Below are positions 10,838 through 21,622 of a DNA stretch of 64,000 bases, piece after piece; within the stretch, counting starts at the first letter, position 1; the number at the start of each line of letters is the position of its first letter. Origin of the DNA: Dipteris shenzhenensis (Eukaryota); NCBI GenBank assembly GCA_047967505.1, contig CM106538.1; one strand, given 5' to 3'. The notes under the pieces are model-generated. The model was not told the origin of the DNA and did not search any database. It was given only the letters and a program-made list of their open reading frames with translations. The position numbers and the translations under genes were made by a program.

Positions 10838-13800
10838 TCAAATAAGAGCATTTACATCAACTGTTTCATCTTGAGCCAAGTCTAAGGCGCCAAGCAAGTC
10901 TATCTCCAACTCTATACCGAGTTGATCTCCTATATCATCATCGTACTCTAGTATCGTAAGTTCACCTAAAAGTATTTGATCATCTTCTTCAATAAAGCTT
11001 AAGTGTGGTGATTGATCTTGATGATTGTTGTCTTCCTCGTCAATATCGTGATCTCCATCCTCCTCTCGTGCGATGTCATTATGTGCATCTTCCTCTTGCC
11101 TCATATGGTGATCTACATCTTCTTTGCTAGATTCATCAATTGGATCCGGCATTGGTAGTGGCATCTCCATATCCACATCTCGATCTTCAAAAATCTGCTT
11201 ACTTCGTGGTGCAACTTGGATCACGTACCACCATCTTGGATCAGAATGATCCGGATGAAAAACCACCTATATTGAAGATGAAAAATCACGTGCCAAATGT
11301 CGTCGATTATATATATATCAATGGACTTTAAAAACGAAAGCTTCGACTAATTAAATCATTAGTATGCACCTGCTCATAGTGCTCGGGAAGAACAAAAGTA
11401 TCACTTTCATCGGTCTAATGTTTGGTGGAGTCTATTGCAAAGAGACCGCTACTATCTTTTCTCATTGTCGCATGGGGACCGTTGTAAGTAGTTCTAAACC
11501 ATTTTACATCAAGAATGAAAATAGTAAATCGTCTGAAATCAATTTCATAGATGTCGCATATGGTTCCACAATAGTCCAACTGTGAGGAGAGAAGATTGGT
11601 ATCCGAAGCACTTGCTCGGCTATCTTGTGTGAAGTTAGCCATGACTCCACAATCATACGTGACTCTCTTTGAATCGATGCGTTCCACGCGAAAATGTCAT
11701 CCATATGACCATAATGCACGGTACTTTTTGTACTGTAAAAGAGCATCATTAAAACAATGAAGATGCACCTATTTTATAGCATATATTGCCACAAATAATT
11801 ACTTAATTACGTCAAGAGATAAGAAACTTACATGCACCATACATCCAGATGATAACTCCCACTCGCGCTCGTTTATTGTCTCTCCATCACGTTCGGCTTT
11901 ACGTACAGCCAGTTGTAGCCAATCAAGTGACATGTGAGTAGGGAGAAGAGCCAGATCTCGTGGATATGGTTTTGATCGCTTGTACATTACTCTAAATCTC
12001 GTCCTTGCATTTATTCTTTCTGCTTTGGCCACTTCATATCTCTCAATCCACTTCTGCATCTCAGGGCTATTGAGGATACAAAACTTATTGAATTTCTCCA
12101 TTTTCTCTTCGCTCATCTTTCTTTCAATCCCTTTTCCTTGGGGGACCTCGCCAATGATGCGATCATCATCCTTGTTGTGCCAAGCTTGCGGCATATCAGG
12201 ATCCGTGGATGCAAGAAACTCTGTGATATATACTAATGACTCTTGCACAAGCCATCCCTCTGCCATGCTTGCTTCCGGTCTTGCTCTTTGTCTTACAAAC
12301 CCCTTTAAAGTTTTCATAAACCGCTCGAGAAAAAACATCCATCGATTATGAACGGTACCTGCTATAGCCACCTCATCAACTATGTGCACAAGCAAGTGGA
12401 CTTGAGTTGTCATAATGCTTGAGGGAAAGTGCTTCTCAAGCAAGCATACGGCTTCGATGGATTCCACCCTAGCCTTCTCGATGCTCGATATAGAGATCTC
12501 CTTTTGAGATATCCACCTATTTCACATGTCCATGCATATGTAAGATATTTGAGATATCTACCTATTTCACATGTCCATGAAGAAAATACATAATGCGAAT
12601 TGATAGTAAGCATACCTCACAATACCACAGATCTTGAATATAGCATTTCTAACATCTTCTTGTAAGCACCCTTTTATTGTAATTGGAAGGATGAACTATC
12701 AAAGCAACAATGAAATCATGTCAACAATATAACATAATAATAATTACGCTAACGCATCACTATTATCGGTACACTAATTCTACTTAGAATACCTGTAAGA
12801 CCTTGTGCCAATCATGGGACTTGAGGCCACTAAGCTTATTGTCCTTTGAAAATGCTCCTTTCAAGCAACGCATGTACCCTGTTGGTGTTTGAAAAGAGGC
12901 AATGTCTGCCTTGATCGCTGCCTCCTCCCTCGTAGAGAGGATCCACGTTGCTTTCGGGAGGACAACTTTTCCTGAAGCATGCACTTGGGGCCACAAACGA
13001 GACATCCTATTCATAGCACGCAAGTCTTCTTGCACTCCTCTCGAGTCCTTGGAACCAACCAAGTGTGCCCAAATGGTAGCCCCCACATTCTTGAAGATAT
13101 GCATGGGATCCAAGAGATGATTGATTTGTAACTGACCCCAATAAGGAAGCTCATGAAAGATCGATAGCCTCTTCATACCAGGAGGAGGTTCCTCTCCATT
13201 CTCCCTCCAAGCTTGAATTCAATCACTTGCTTTCAAATATGATGGTGGTGGATCAAGCTGACCTCCACGTGCGAGATGGTCGAGCGGAAGGTATCGAGCA
13301 TGACCTTCATAAACATTTTTCCTCATATGTTTGGAGTAGCGTGCAAGCGATTTCAGAGCGGGTCCACAAACAGGACAAGCATGATACCCACTTGTAACAA
13401 GTCCTGCACGCATGCATGAATATGTTAGTACAAGACATGCGTGTAAAAGAGAGTAAAAAAAGCATAATCCCTCATTGTACATGTAAAGACATAACCACGT
13501 ACCTGCGCACTCTCCATATCCTGGGTAGTCATGCATGGTCCACATCAAGATACCCCTGACCAAAATATCATTGGTATGCCTAGGAGCTCTGGAAATATCG
13601 AAGACCTACACTCCTCTCCATAATATCTGTAACTCCTCTATCAAAGGTGCCATGTACACGTCCATGTTTTTTGCCTTGTACTTTCCTGGCACAAGTAGTG
13701 CAAACATGAGGTGTCCCTTTTTTATTGTTAGCCATGGTGGGATATTGTAATTCACCACGACTATGGGCCATGTCGACCAAGATGTCGAGCGTAACCCGAA

Positions 13801-14899
13801 AGGATTCATGCCGTCCATGGCTAGCCCAAGATGTAAGTTGCGTGGCTCCCTCGCAACGTCCGGCCATTGATTATCTCTGTGCTTCCAAGCTGCACAATCT
13901 GCGGGAATCCTCAATGTGTGATCAGTGGACCGATGAGATGCATGCCATGTCATCAACTCCGCTATGGATTTGCATCGAAACATGTGTTGTATTCTTGCAA
14001 TGATGGGAAAGTGTCTTAAGACCTTTACCGGTATCCGCTCACCCTGCAAGTCATCTCTATATCGTTGTTCCCCACACTTTGGACAACTAGCCAAATCTCC
14101 ATGCTCACGACGAAAGAGAATACAATCATTACGGCAAGCATGGATGGTATCATAATCCATACCCACCATTGTCAGCATCTTTTTCGCTTCATCTCTTGAT
14201 GCGGGCATGGTATTTGGTGCAGGCAACATCTTCTGGAGCAACCTATGACAAAGACACTATCCAAATGATGATTCTCAAAACAAACAATATCCAAATAATG
14301 AGTCAAATTAATGCAAGGGCTAACCTCATTAAGGCCGAGACACTTGTATCCGACCACCCATACTGTACTTGTAGATTCAAGATTGAGAGACAAGCACGTA
14401 GTTTAGACATCCTAGCACCCTCGTACAATTGTGTTGATTGCAACTCTCACATTTTGACCTCAGACTCTAACATCACGTGTACGTGGGATGTAGTGCCCCT
14501 AAAAATGGAATCCATCATGTCGACCATACCCTCGTCGTCATCCGGGAGACTATAGTCTTGTTGAAAGTGAGAAGGTATATGTGTACCCTCGTCACCCTCC
14601 TCATCCTGTCATAAGCTCATTCGTGTAAATATAAGATCTTCTATTTCCTGGTATACAATAAGATTGCGAACTTAAATAGCTTTGACTAACCGATGATCCA
14701 TCAACATGTGCAACACCAACGGGGGGTACTAGTTCCGGCTCCTCCCCATACATCCGCAAGTGGCGCATGATAATACGACGTTGATGTCGTACCTCTCGCT
14801 TGCAATGAGTGCAATGACAGTATAACCTCTCCGTAAGCCACTTCGTGCTCCCGGGCGTTGGCGCATCATCGGGGATGATCTTCCACTCGTCCCTTCCAT
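10838..14899 (-). pseudogene. CACTA TnpD/Tnp2-type transposase, multi-exon, a few premature stops
   Basis: Transposase-associated motif CHCTHC...MRHLRMYG; Transposase_21 motifs HACRNDCILFR, REPRNLHLGLAMDGMNPFG, WTMHDYPGYG, HLLDPMHIFKNV and GLKSHDWH; DUF4218-like VHLLVH..E...GTVHNRWMFFLERFM; DUF4216-like YCGTICDIYEIDF. In-frame TAGs at 13606 and 11415. True start exon not identified. Confidence 0.92.
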
Positions 14900-15078
14900 C
14901 TATACTTATAAAATCACAACATAAGCATGAAGAGGAGATATTGACAATTATAAGCATAGCATGTTTAATTTGAGCTTCTCTTGACAATTATAAGCTATAT
15001 AGTAAGAGGAAATATTGACAATTATAAACATAGCATGTGTGAGCTTCACATGAGGCCATATAAAAAAAATGAACAGTA

Positions 15079-15150
15079 AGCGTCGCTATATAGCGACGCT
15101 CTTTTTCGTCGCTATATAGCGACGAATAAGGGTCGCTATATAGCGACGCT
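15079..15150. repeat. Internal cluster of three subterminal-type palindromes between the two divergent CACTA genes
   Basis: (C)GTCGCTATATAGCGACG at 15081-15098, 15107-15124 and 15132-15148. Confidence 0.92.
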
Positions 15151-15694
15151 GTGGGTTAAAACCCGATGAAATGCCGAAACGCGCGGCGTTTTGCTTTATC
15201 TATTCCCTAATCTCTCAAGTAAGAAACCCAAAATCTCCTCCCACCTATTTTCGACGACCTCCCATCTATTCCAAGCAACCTCTCACTCTATTTTCCACTC
15301 CTCACCCTTCTCCTACCTCTTGTGCTCCAAATCTCTCCTTTTCCCCTCCTTTTCCCTCTTTGGTTTCCTGAAAGAAAGATCTTCAAGAGGTGAGTTTGTT
15401 TCAACAATATAGGTTGTTTGTTTGTTAGCTTTAGCTTTGTGAGTGTTTCTACTTGTATTGCTAAACCTATAAACTAGTTTTCATGCTTGATTTGAAAGGA
15501 TTGAAACAAAAAACAAGATTTCAAGAAAGAAAGAAAGAAAACTCACCTCTTTTTTCTGTATTTCTCTTCCTTCTCTTTCTCCTTGTCTCCTCAATCTCCT
15601 CCTTTCCTTGTCTCCTCAATCTCCTCCCTTCAAGAAGTTTCTTTTGTAATCTCCTCTTTCCACTAACATCTTATTTGAAAAAATGGGTTGTATT

Positions 15695-15782
15695 CTCTCT
15701 TTTGTAGGGCCAGTCCACTACACCGAGCAGGACATACTCTCTCTTTTGTAGGGCCAGTCCACTACACCGAGCGGGACATACT
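15695..15782 (+). repeat. 44-bp tandem duplication including a splice-acceptor-like TTTTGTAG
   Basis: CTCTCTTTTGTAGGGCCAGTCCACTACACCGAGC(A/G)GGACATA x2, followed by donor-like CAG|GTAAGT at 15790. Confidence 0.85.
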
Positions 15783-16169
15783 TTTACAGGTAAGTGCTTC
15801 CTCTTCTTTCCATTTATTATTTCTGCATTTTCATTGGCCTACAGCTAGCGCCTTAAGCGCTAGCTGCAGTGATGGGCGTAGGAACCCTCTCTTCCCCTCT
15901 CTCTCTTTCCTTCTTCCCCCTTCTCTTTTTCTCCTTTTTCCCCCTTCTCTTTTTTCCCTCTTCTCTTATTCTCTCTTTCCCCCCTCATCTCTTTTCCCCC
16001 TTCTCTTTTTTCCCTCTTCTCTTATTCTCTCTTTCCCCCTTCTCTCTTTCCCCCTCATCTCTTTTCCCTTCTCTCTTTCCTTTCCCTCTTATTCTCTATT
16101 TCCTTTCCCTCTTATTCTCTTATGCTTATGCTTCTCTCATTCCCCCTTCTCTATTTCCCTCTTCTCTCA

Positions 16170-17560
16170 TTCGCATAAGCTCTTTTTCCGCATGAGCATG
16201 AGCATGAGCTTTTGCTTATGCTTATGCTTATGCATAAGCATAAGCATGAGCTCATGCTTATGCTCATGCATGAGCATGAGCTTATGCTTATGCATGAGCT
16301 TATGTGGAAATAGAGAATGAGAGAAGCTTATGCTTCTCTCATTCTCTATTTCCGCATAAGCTCCTTCTCTTTTTCCGCATAAGCTCCTCCTTCTCTTCTT
16401 ATGCATAAGCTCCTTCTCTTTTTCCGCATGAGCATAAGCATGAGCTTATGCTCATGCATGAGCATGAGCTTATGCTTCAGTTTCACGCATAAGCTTATGC
16501 GTGAGCTTATGCAGAAATAGAGAATGAGAGAAGCTTATGCTTCTCTCATTCTCTATTTCCGCATAAGCTCCTTCTCTTTTTCCGCATAAGCTCCTCCTTC
16601 TCTTTTTATGCATAAGCTCCTCCTTCTCTTTTTATGCATAAGCTCCTTCTCTTTTTCCGCATGAGCATGAGCATGAGCTTATGCTCATGCATGAGCATGA
16701 GCTTATGCGGAAATAGAGAATGAGAGAAGCTTATGCTTATCTCATTCTCTATTTCCGTATAAGCTCCTTCTCTTTTTCCGCATAAGCTCCTCCTTCTCTT
16801 CTTATGCATAAGCTCCTTCTCTTTTTCCGCATGAGCATAAGCATGAGCTTATGCTTATGCTTATGCTTATGCTCAAGCATAAGCATAAGCATAAGCTCAT
16901 GCTTATGCTCATGCATGAGCATGAGCTTATGCTTAAGTTTACGCATAAGCTTATGCTTCAGTTTCACGCATAAGCTTATGCGTGAGCTTATGCGGAAATA
17001 GAGAATGAGAGAAGCTTATGCTTCTCTCATTCTCTATTTCCGCATAAGCTCCTTCTCTTTTTCCGCATAAGCTCCTCCTCCTCTTTTTCGTGAGGAAAGC
17101 TTTTGCGGAAATAGAGAATGAGAGAAGCTTATGCGGAAATAGAGAATGAAATAAGCTTTTGCGTGAGCTTATGTGGAAACATGAGCATAAGCTCATGCTC
17201 ACCCATGAACATAAGCATAAGCTCATGCGGAAAAAGAGAAGGAGCTTATGCGGAAATAGAGAATGAGTTTCCGCATAAGCTTCTCTCCTTCTCTTTTTCC
17301 GCATAAGCTCCTTCTCTTTTTCCGCATGAGCATAAGCATGCGGAAACTCATTCTCTATTTTATGCATAAGCTCCTTCTCTATTTTCGATGCCTATGCTTA
17401 AGCATAAGCATAAGCATAAGCTCATGCTTATGCTCATGCATGAGCATGAGCTTATGCTTAAGTTTCCGCATAAGCTCATGCTTATGCGTGAGCTTATGCG
17501 AAAATAGAGAATGAGAGAAGCATAAGCTCATTCTCTATTTCCGCATAAGCTCATTCTCTA
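16170..17560. repeat. Complex self-complementary satellite inside the CACTA
   Basis: Built from GCATAA/GCATGA/GCTTAT/GCTCAT hexamers, plus repeated 32-bp-stem hairpins at ~16296, 16503, 16699 and 16984. Confidence 0.9.
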
Positions 17561-17848
17561 TTTCCCACTCTATTTCCCCCTTCTCTCATTTCCCCCTTCT
17601 CTCCTTCTCTATTTTTCCTCATCTCTTTCCCCTTCTCTATTTCCCCCTTCTCTCATTCTCTATTTCCTCATTCTCATTCTTTTCTTTCCTTTCCATCTTC
17701 TTTCCCTCTATCCTTTCCCTCTTCTTTCCCTCTTTCCTTTCCCTCTTCTTTCCTTTCCCTCTTCTTTCTTCTTACCTATGCCTATGCCTATGAGAATGCT
17801 CATGTTTGTTTTTTGTTTTCTGTTTTCGTGTTTGTGTCTATGTTAGAC

Positions 17849-19440
17849 ATGGGATCACGTCGCTCATCCGACGAGTACGGACAGCCTCGCAGGAGGAGAG
17901 CTCACGATCTATATGCTCCAGAGGACTTTGATTCCTCTCAGGCGACTACCCCGAGGACTACCCCTGGTCCGACTCCTCTCGGTCCTAGCACTGCGACTAC
18001 CCCTGGTCCGACCCCTCTTCCACGTAGCACTGTGACTACCCCTCAGGGAACTCCTTTGCTAGCCGTGCATGGCTTTGTCGGGACTCCTGACGAGTTTGTA
18101 GCGCAGATGAGTGATGAGGAGGCAGCAAGATTCTTCTCTCTGCTCTCTCAGAGGACCTCTGCAATTCCTTCCCCTACACCGACGGGTGGACGTACTGCCC
18201 AGCCATCCCCTCGCGTCCCTTCGACCGCGGGATCATCACCTGCGCATGCCTCCCGCAAGGGAAGGAAGAGTAGGATGGGCGGCTCATGTTGTGCTGACTC
18301 AGGAGATGTAGACGAGTCAGCACACTCACGCTCCTTTAGGTCTCCACTTGGTCCGGAGACACAGTATCAGTCAGGTCCCTTTTCCTCTCCTACTCCCACT
18401 ACTACTCCTTGATCCGGAACCTCGATCCGGAAGCGATCGCGCAGCTTCCACTCCTTCAGACTCTGCTATCGTCAGTCCCCCTTACTCATCGGGGGATCTC
18501 TCCTATCAAATCACATCTGCCGGAGAGATAATAGAAGACAAAAAGGGCAAAGCAGTGATGGCCACCATGAGGAGGTTGATGAGTCATCACTTCAAGAGCG
18601 GCATAAATATCGATTGGCGGTATCAAGATGCCCAAAAGAAGCAGGCGGTGATCGATGAGTTAAAACAAAGATACCCTAATCTGCCAAATGTGGAGTTTAA
18701 TAACAATTATATGCTCGAGCACATGGGTTTGGTCCTAAAGCATCGCAGATCAACCTTGCGTACTTCCATTACAAAGGGGTTGGCTAAACCCAGCTGGGCA
18801 GACAAAGCTGATTGGAAGTACTTCAAGAAGCAACATAGGGACCATCCCGAAATGTTCGAGGGTTAGAGGAGGGCTGCAAAGAGACGGCTGGACGTCGTAG
18901 GTACTTCGCACTTTGGTGCAGGCGGACGGTATGCATTCGAGGCAACTGTGGTAAGTCTACTTCTTCCCATTTAATGTATTGTTCTATTTGTTTTACTTAC
19001 ATATTACATGCACTTTAGCTAACTCTAACTCTCGTAAATTGGATCCACAGCAAGCTGCGATGGGTCATCTTCCTACGGATGCAGAGACACGGCACGCATT
19101 TCAAATAGGAACAAAGCCGTGGTTCATTGAGCAAGAGGCAATGGGAGTGACAGTCGATTGGGATTAGGTGGCTGCTCGCACGGTATAAGTTTACTCCTAC
19201 TTGTAATCTCACTTTTTAATTTAAGTTCCAATCTAATTTTTGATTTATATGGTTCACTCTTAGGGTCAAAGCTCAAGCGTCCCATCATCGGAGACGAGCG
19301 ATCAACAGGGGCAAGGATCGGACGCAGGTGCCGAGGATGAGGGAGAAGACGCAGGTGTCGAGGACGAGGGAGAAGACGCAGGTGTCGAGGACCAAGGAAC
19401 AGGCCAACAAGACGAAGATGATTCGGATTCGGATGAGTAG
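17849..19440 (+). pseudogene. CACTA TnpA-like (Ptta/Transposase_24-like) gene, divergent from TnpD
   Basis: Inferred exons 17849-18950, 19051-19182 and 19264-19440, with GT-AG phase-0 introns. Motif KPSWADKADWKYF...RRAAKRRL...SHFGAGG...MGHLPT, S/T/P-rich N-terminus, acidic C-terminus. Premature TAGs at 18864 and 19165; frameshift near 18350-18410. Confidence 0.7.
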
Positions 19441-19629
19441 TGGTAGTAGCATTTTGTATATCCACTCGTTTGAGCAATTTTGTATCGCCCTTTCACAGGG
19501 TAATTTTGTTACAAACACAGTTGTATATGTATATGCATTTCTTCCTCATCGTTCACAAGAACAATTTTGTATCACCCTGCAAGCAAGGGAAATTTTGTTA
19601 TAAAAAACTTTCTTCTGTAATTACAAAAA

Positions 19630-19698
19630 AAAAAAAGGATTAGTGGGGCTAAACAGGGCCAAAAGGAAGCCCTGTTTAGCCCCACTAATCCTTTTTTT
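19630..19698. other. Perfect hairpin, 30-bp stem and 9-nt loop
   Basis: A7-GGATTAGTGGGGCTAAACAGGGC-caaaaggaa-GCCCTGTTTAGCCCCACTAATCC-T7. Confidence 0.9.
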
Positions 19699-19702
19699 AA
19701 CT

Positions 19703-19885
19703 TCTGTTAATCGTCGCTATATAGCGACGTTTACCAGTGTCGCTATATAGCGACGATTAACAGAGTCGCTATATAGCGACGTTTTAATCGTCGCTATATA
19801 GCGACGATTATCAGCGTCGCTATATAGCGACGGTTTATAGCGACGCTTCTTTTCCGACGATTTTAACGACTTTTATAGCGACCTT
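19703..19885. repeat. Right subterminal repeat cluster of the CACTA
   Basis: Five full GTCGCTATATAGCGAC copies plus half sites. Confidence 0.92.
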
Positions 19886-19964
19886 TGTGCCCGTGAAAAA
19901 AAAAAATTTAATGTAAAAAGCGTCGGTATTTCCGTCGGAAAATGGCCTATGCCTTGTAGTGAAA

Positions 19965-20400
19965 GGTTCATGAGTCAAATGCTCAAGCCTTACTTGGGAA
20001 AGTTCATAAGGGTGTTTTTGGATGATTTTTGCATTTATTCTCGGTGCATGGATCACATGGAGAAGTTAAAGATGGCCATAGCTAGGATTGATGAAGAAAA
20101 AGGTTGTCTAAATCCTAGCAAGTGTCATTTGGATCAAACAAAAGTAGCCTTGTTGGGGCATATTATGTCTGAAGAAGGCCTACAAATGGATCCTGACAAG
20201 GTTCAAGCAATCATGGCATTGCCAAGTCCTGAGAATGTCACTGGTGTTAGCAGAATTCTAGGGAAAAGCAAGTATTATCAATGCTTTTGTGATGATTTCA
20301 CAGAGATAGTGCATCCCATGAACTTATTGACAAGAAAAGGAGTTTCTTTCCAATGGGGTGTGGAGCAACAAGAGTCTTTTTAGCAACTTGAGGCCATGAG
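19965..20400 (+). pseudogene. Gypsy RT continuation (FLDD motif) and connection region, truncated
   Basis: VFLDDFCIYS, LNPSKCH, LLGHIMSEEGLQMDPDKVQAI, LLTRKGVSFQWG; in frame with 10426 once the CACTA is removed. Confidence 0.92.
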
Positions 20401-21622
20401 TAAGGCCCAATATTGTAGCCCCCTGATTGTCTCAACACTTGAAATTGACACGGGTATGGTTAAGGGATTTTTATTAACTAGTATAGCTTGTTTAAAATTC
20501 TATTCTATGTATGGGTCATTGTTTGCTTAGGCGTAGCCATTTTTGGTGAGGTTCAGGGACTTTTCTGTATATAGGTATCTTGCATGACCCATAACTTATG
20601 CATTGCTCAATGGAATTTGGCAAACTTTGTTTTCAAGTTAAAGTACACATTCTAAACTTGAACATGAGAGTAAAAAATTATGGAATAAAGATTTTAAACG
20701 AGACTGTTAAAGCATTACAAGTGCTATGTTGCATGTGAAGCATGCATCCTGAAGACTATAGGATAAAGCAATTTATTCAAAAACGTCAAAATTTTGTCTA
20801 TATATACATGCAACGTCAAAATTTTGTCTATATATACATGCAACCAAGTAATCATTCAAAAGTACACTACATGAGCTTCTCCTCAACCCAAGGACACACC
20901 TAAATGAGAATATTAGGCATGGGTTAATGGGCCTCCAATGTTGTGCTAAAGTGATGCATACCCAGTTGAGGGCATGCTCCATAACTTTTTTTTGATTTCT
21001 TGAAAACTAAAATGGATTGAAAATTTGGAATCCAAAAGTAGTGGGACTACTACATGGTGGTCTTAAAACATTGATAGTTATTGGTATTAGTATCTAGAAT
21101 CACCCTAAAATGGAAGAAGTCCAAAAAGTGCAATTTGTGCATGTGCAAAGATCTTTTAATAAATCCAACACTATCTATCATTTTGAATTGTTTCTTTTTC
21201 CATGCACTTGCTTGTTATATGGCTAGTAAGCATGCCCAAGGTCATTGCATTTCATAATACACATCATCAAATCCAATATCGTGTCCTTTGGCCTATTTGT
21301 GTTTTAAAGCATTTAAGGAGACATTGCACTTGTTTGGGATATCCAATTCTGCTGACGCGTATCATTGGAGGGGGGAGAACTAGCGGCTAAAATTTTTGCT
21401 ACTCCCGCAAATTTTGAATTTTCACATCTCTTGCCCATCAAATCTTAGAAGATTAAGTACTTGCAACCTATCCTCACTCTACAAACTCCCTGCAACCCGC
21501 ACACACCTTCACGTGACCTTACGCAGGCTTTGGTTTGCCATTGTCTTCTTTATGGTAAGTTTTCTATTCTTTTTTTGCCTCACCAGCTAGGTTCTCTAGG
21601 TCTATTCTAGATTGATCGTGGC

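Larger units (their letters stand above)
10427..19961 (-). mobile_element. CACTA (En/Spm) DNA transposon, 9535 bp, both ends present
   Basis: Left end CACTACTA at 10427; right end TTGTAGTG ending at 19961; 3-bp TSD AAA (10424-10426, 19962-19964). Removing the element plus one TSD restores RT ...APAIFQRFMSQMLKPYLGKFIRVFLDD. Subterminal palindromes at both ends. Confidence 0.96.

Noticed and set aside
15716-15766. Internal CACTAC motifs as ends of a nested CACTA
   Set aside because: They lie in a 44-bp duplication with no adjacent inner subterminal repeats and no matching TSD.
15688-17514. Many ORFs rich in HKLMLM / CLCLCS / FPLLF
   Set aside because: Translations of the hexamer satellite and pyrimidine tract in several frames on both strands; no coding evidence.
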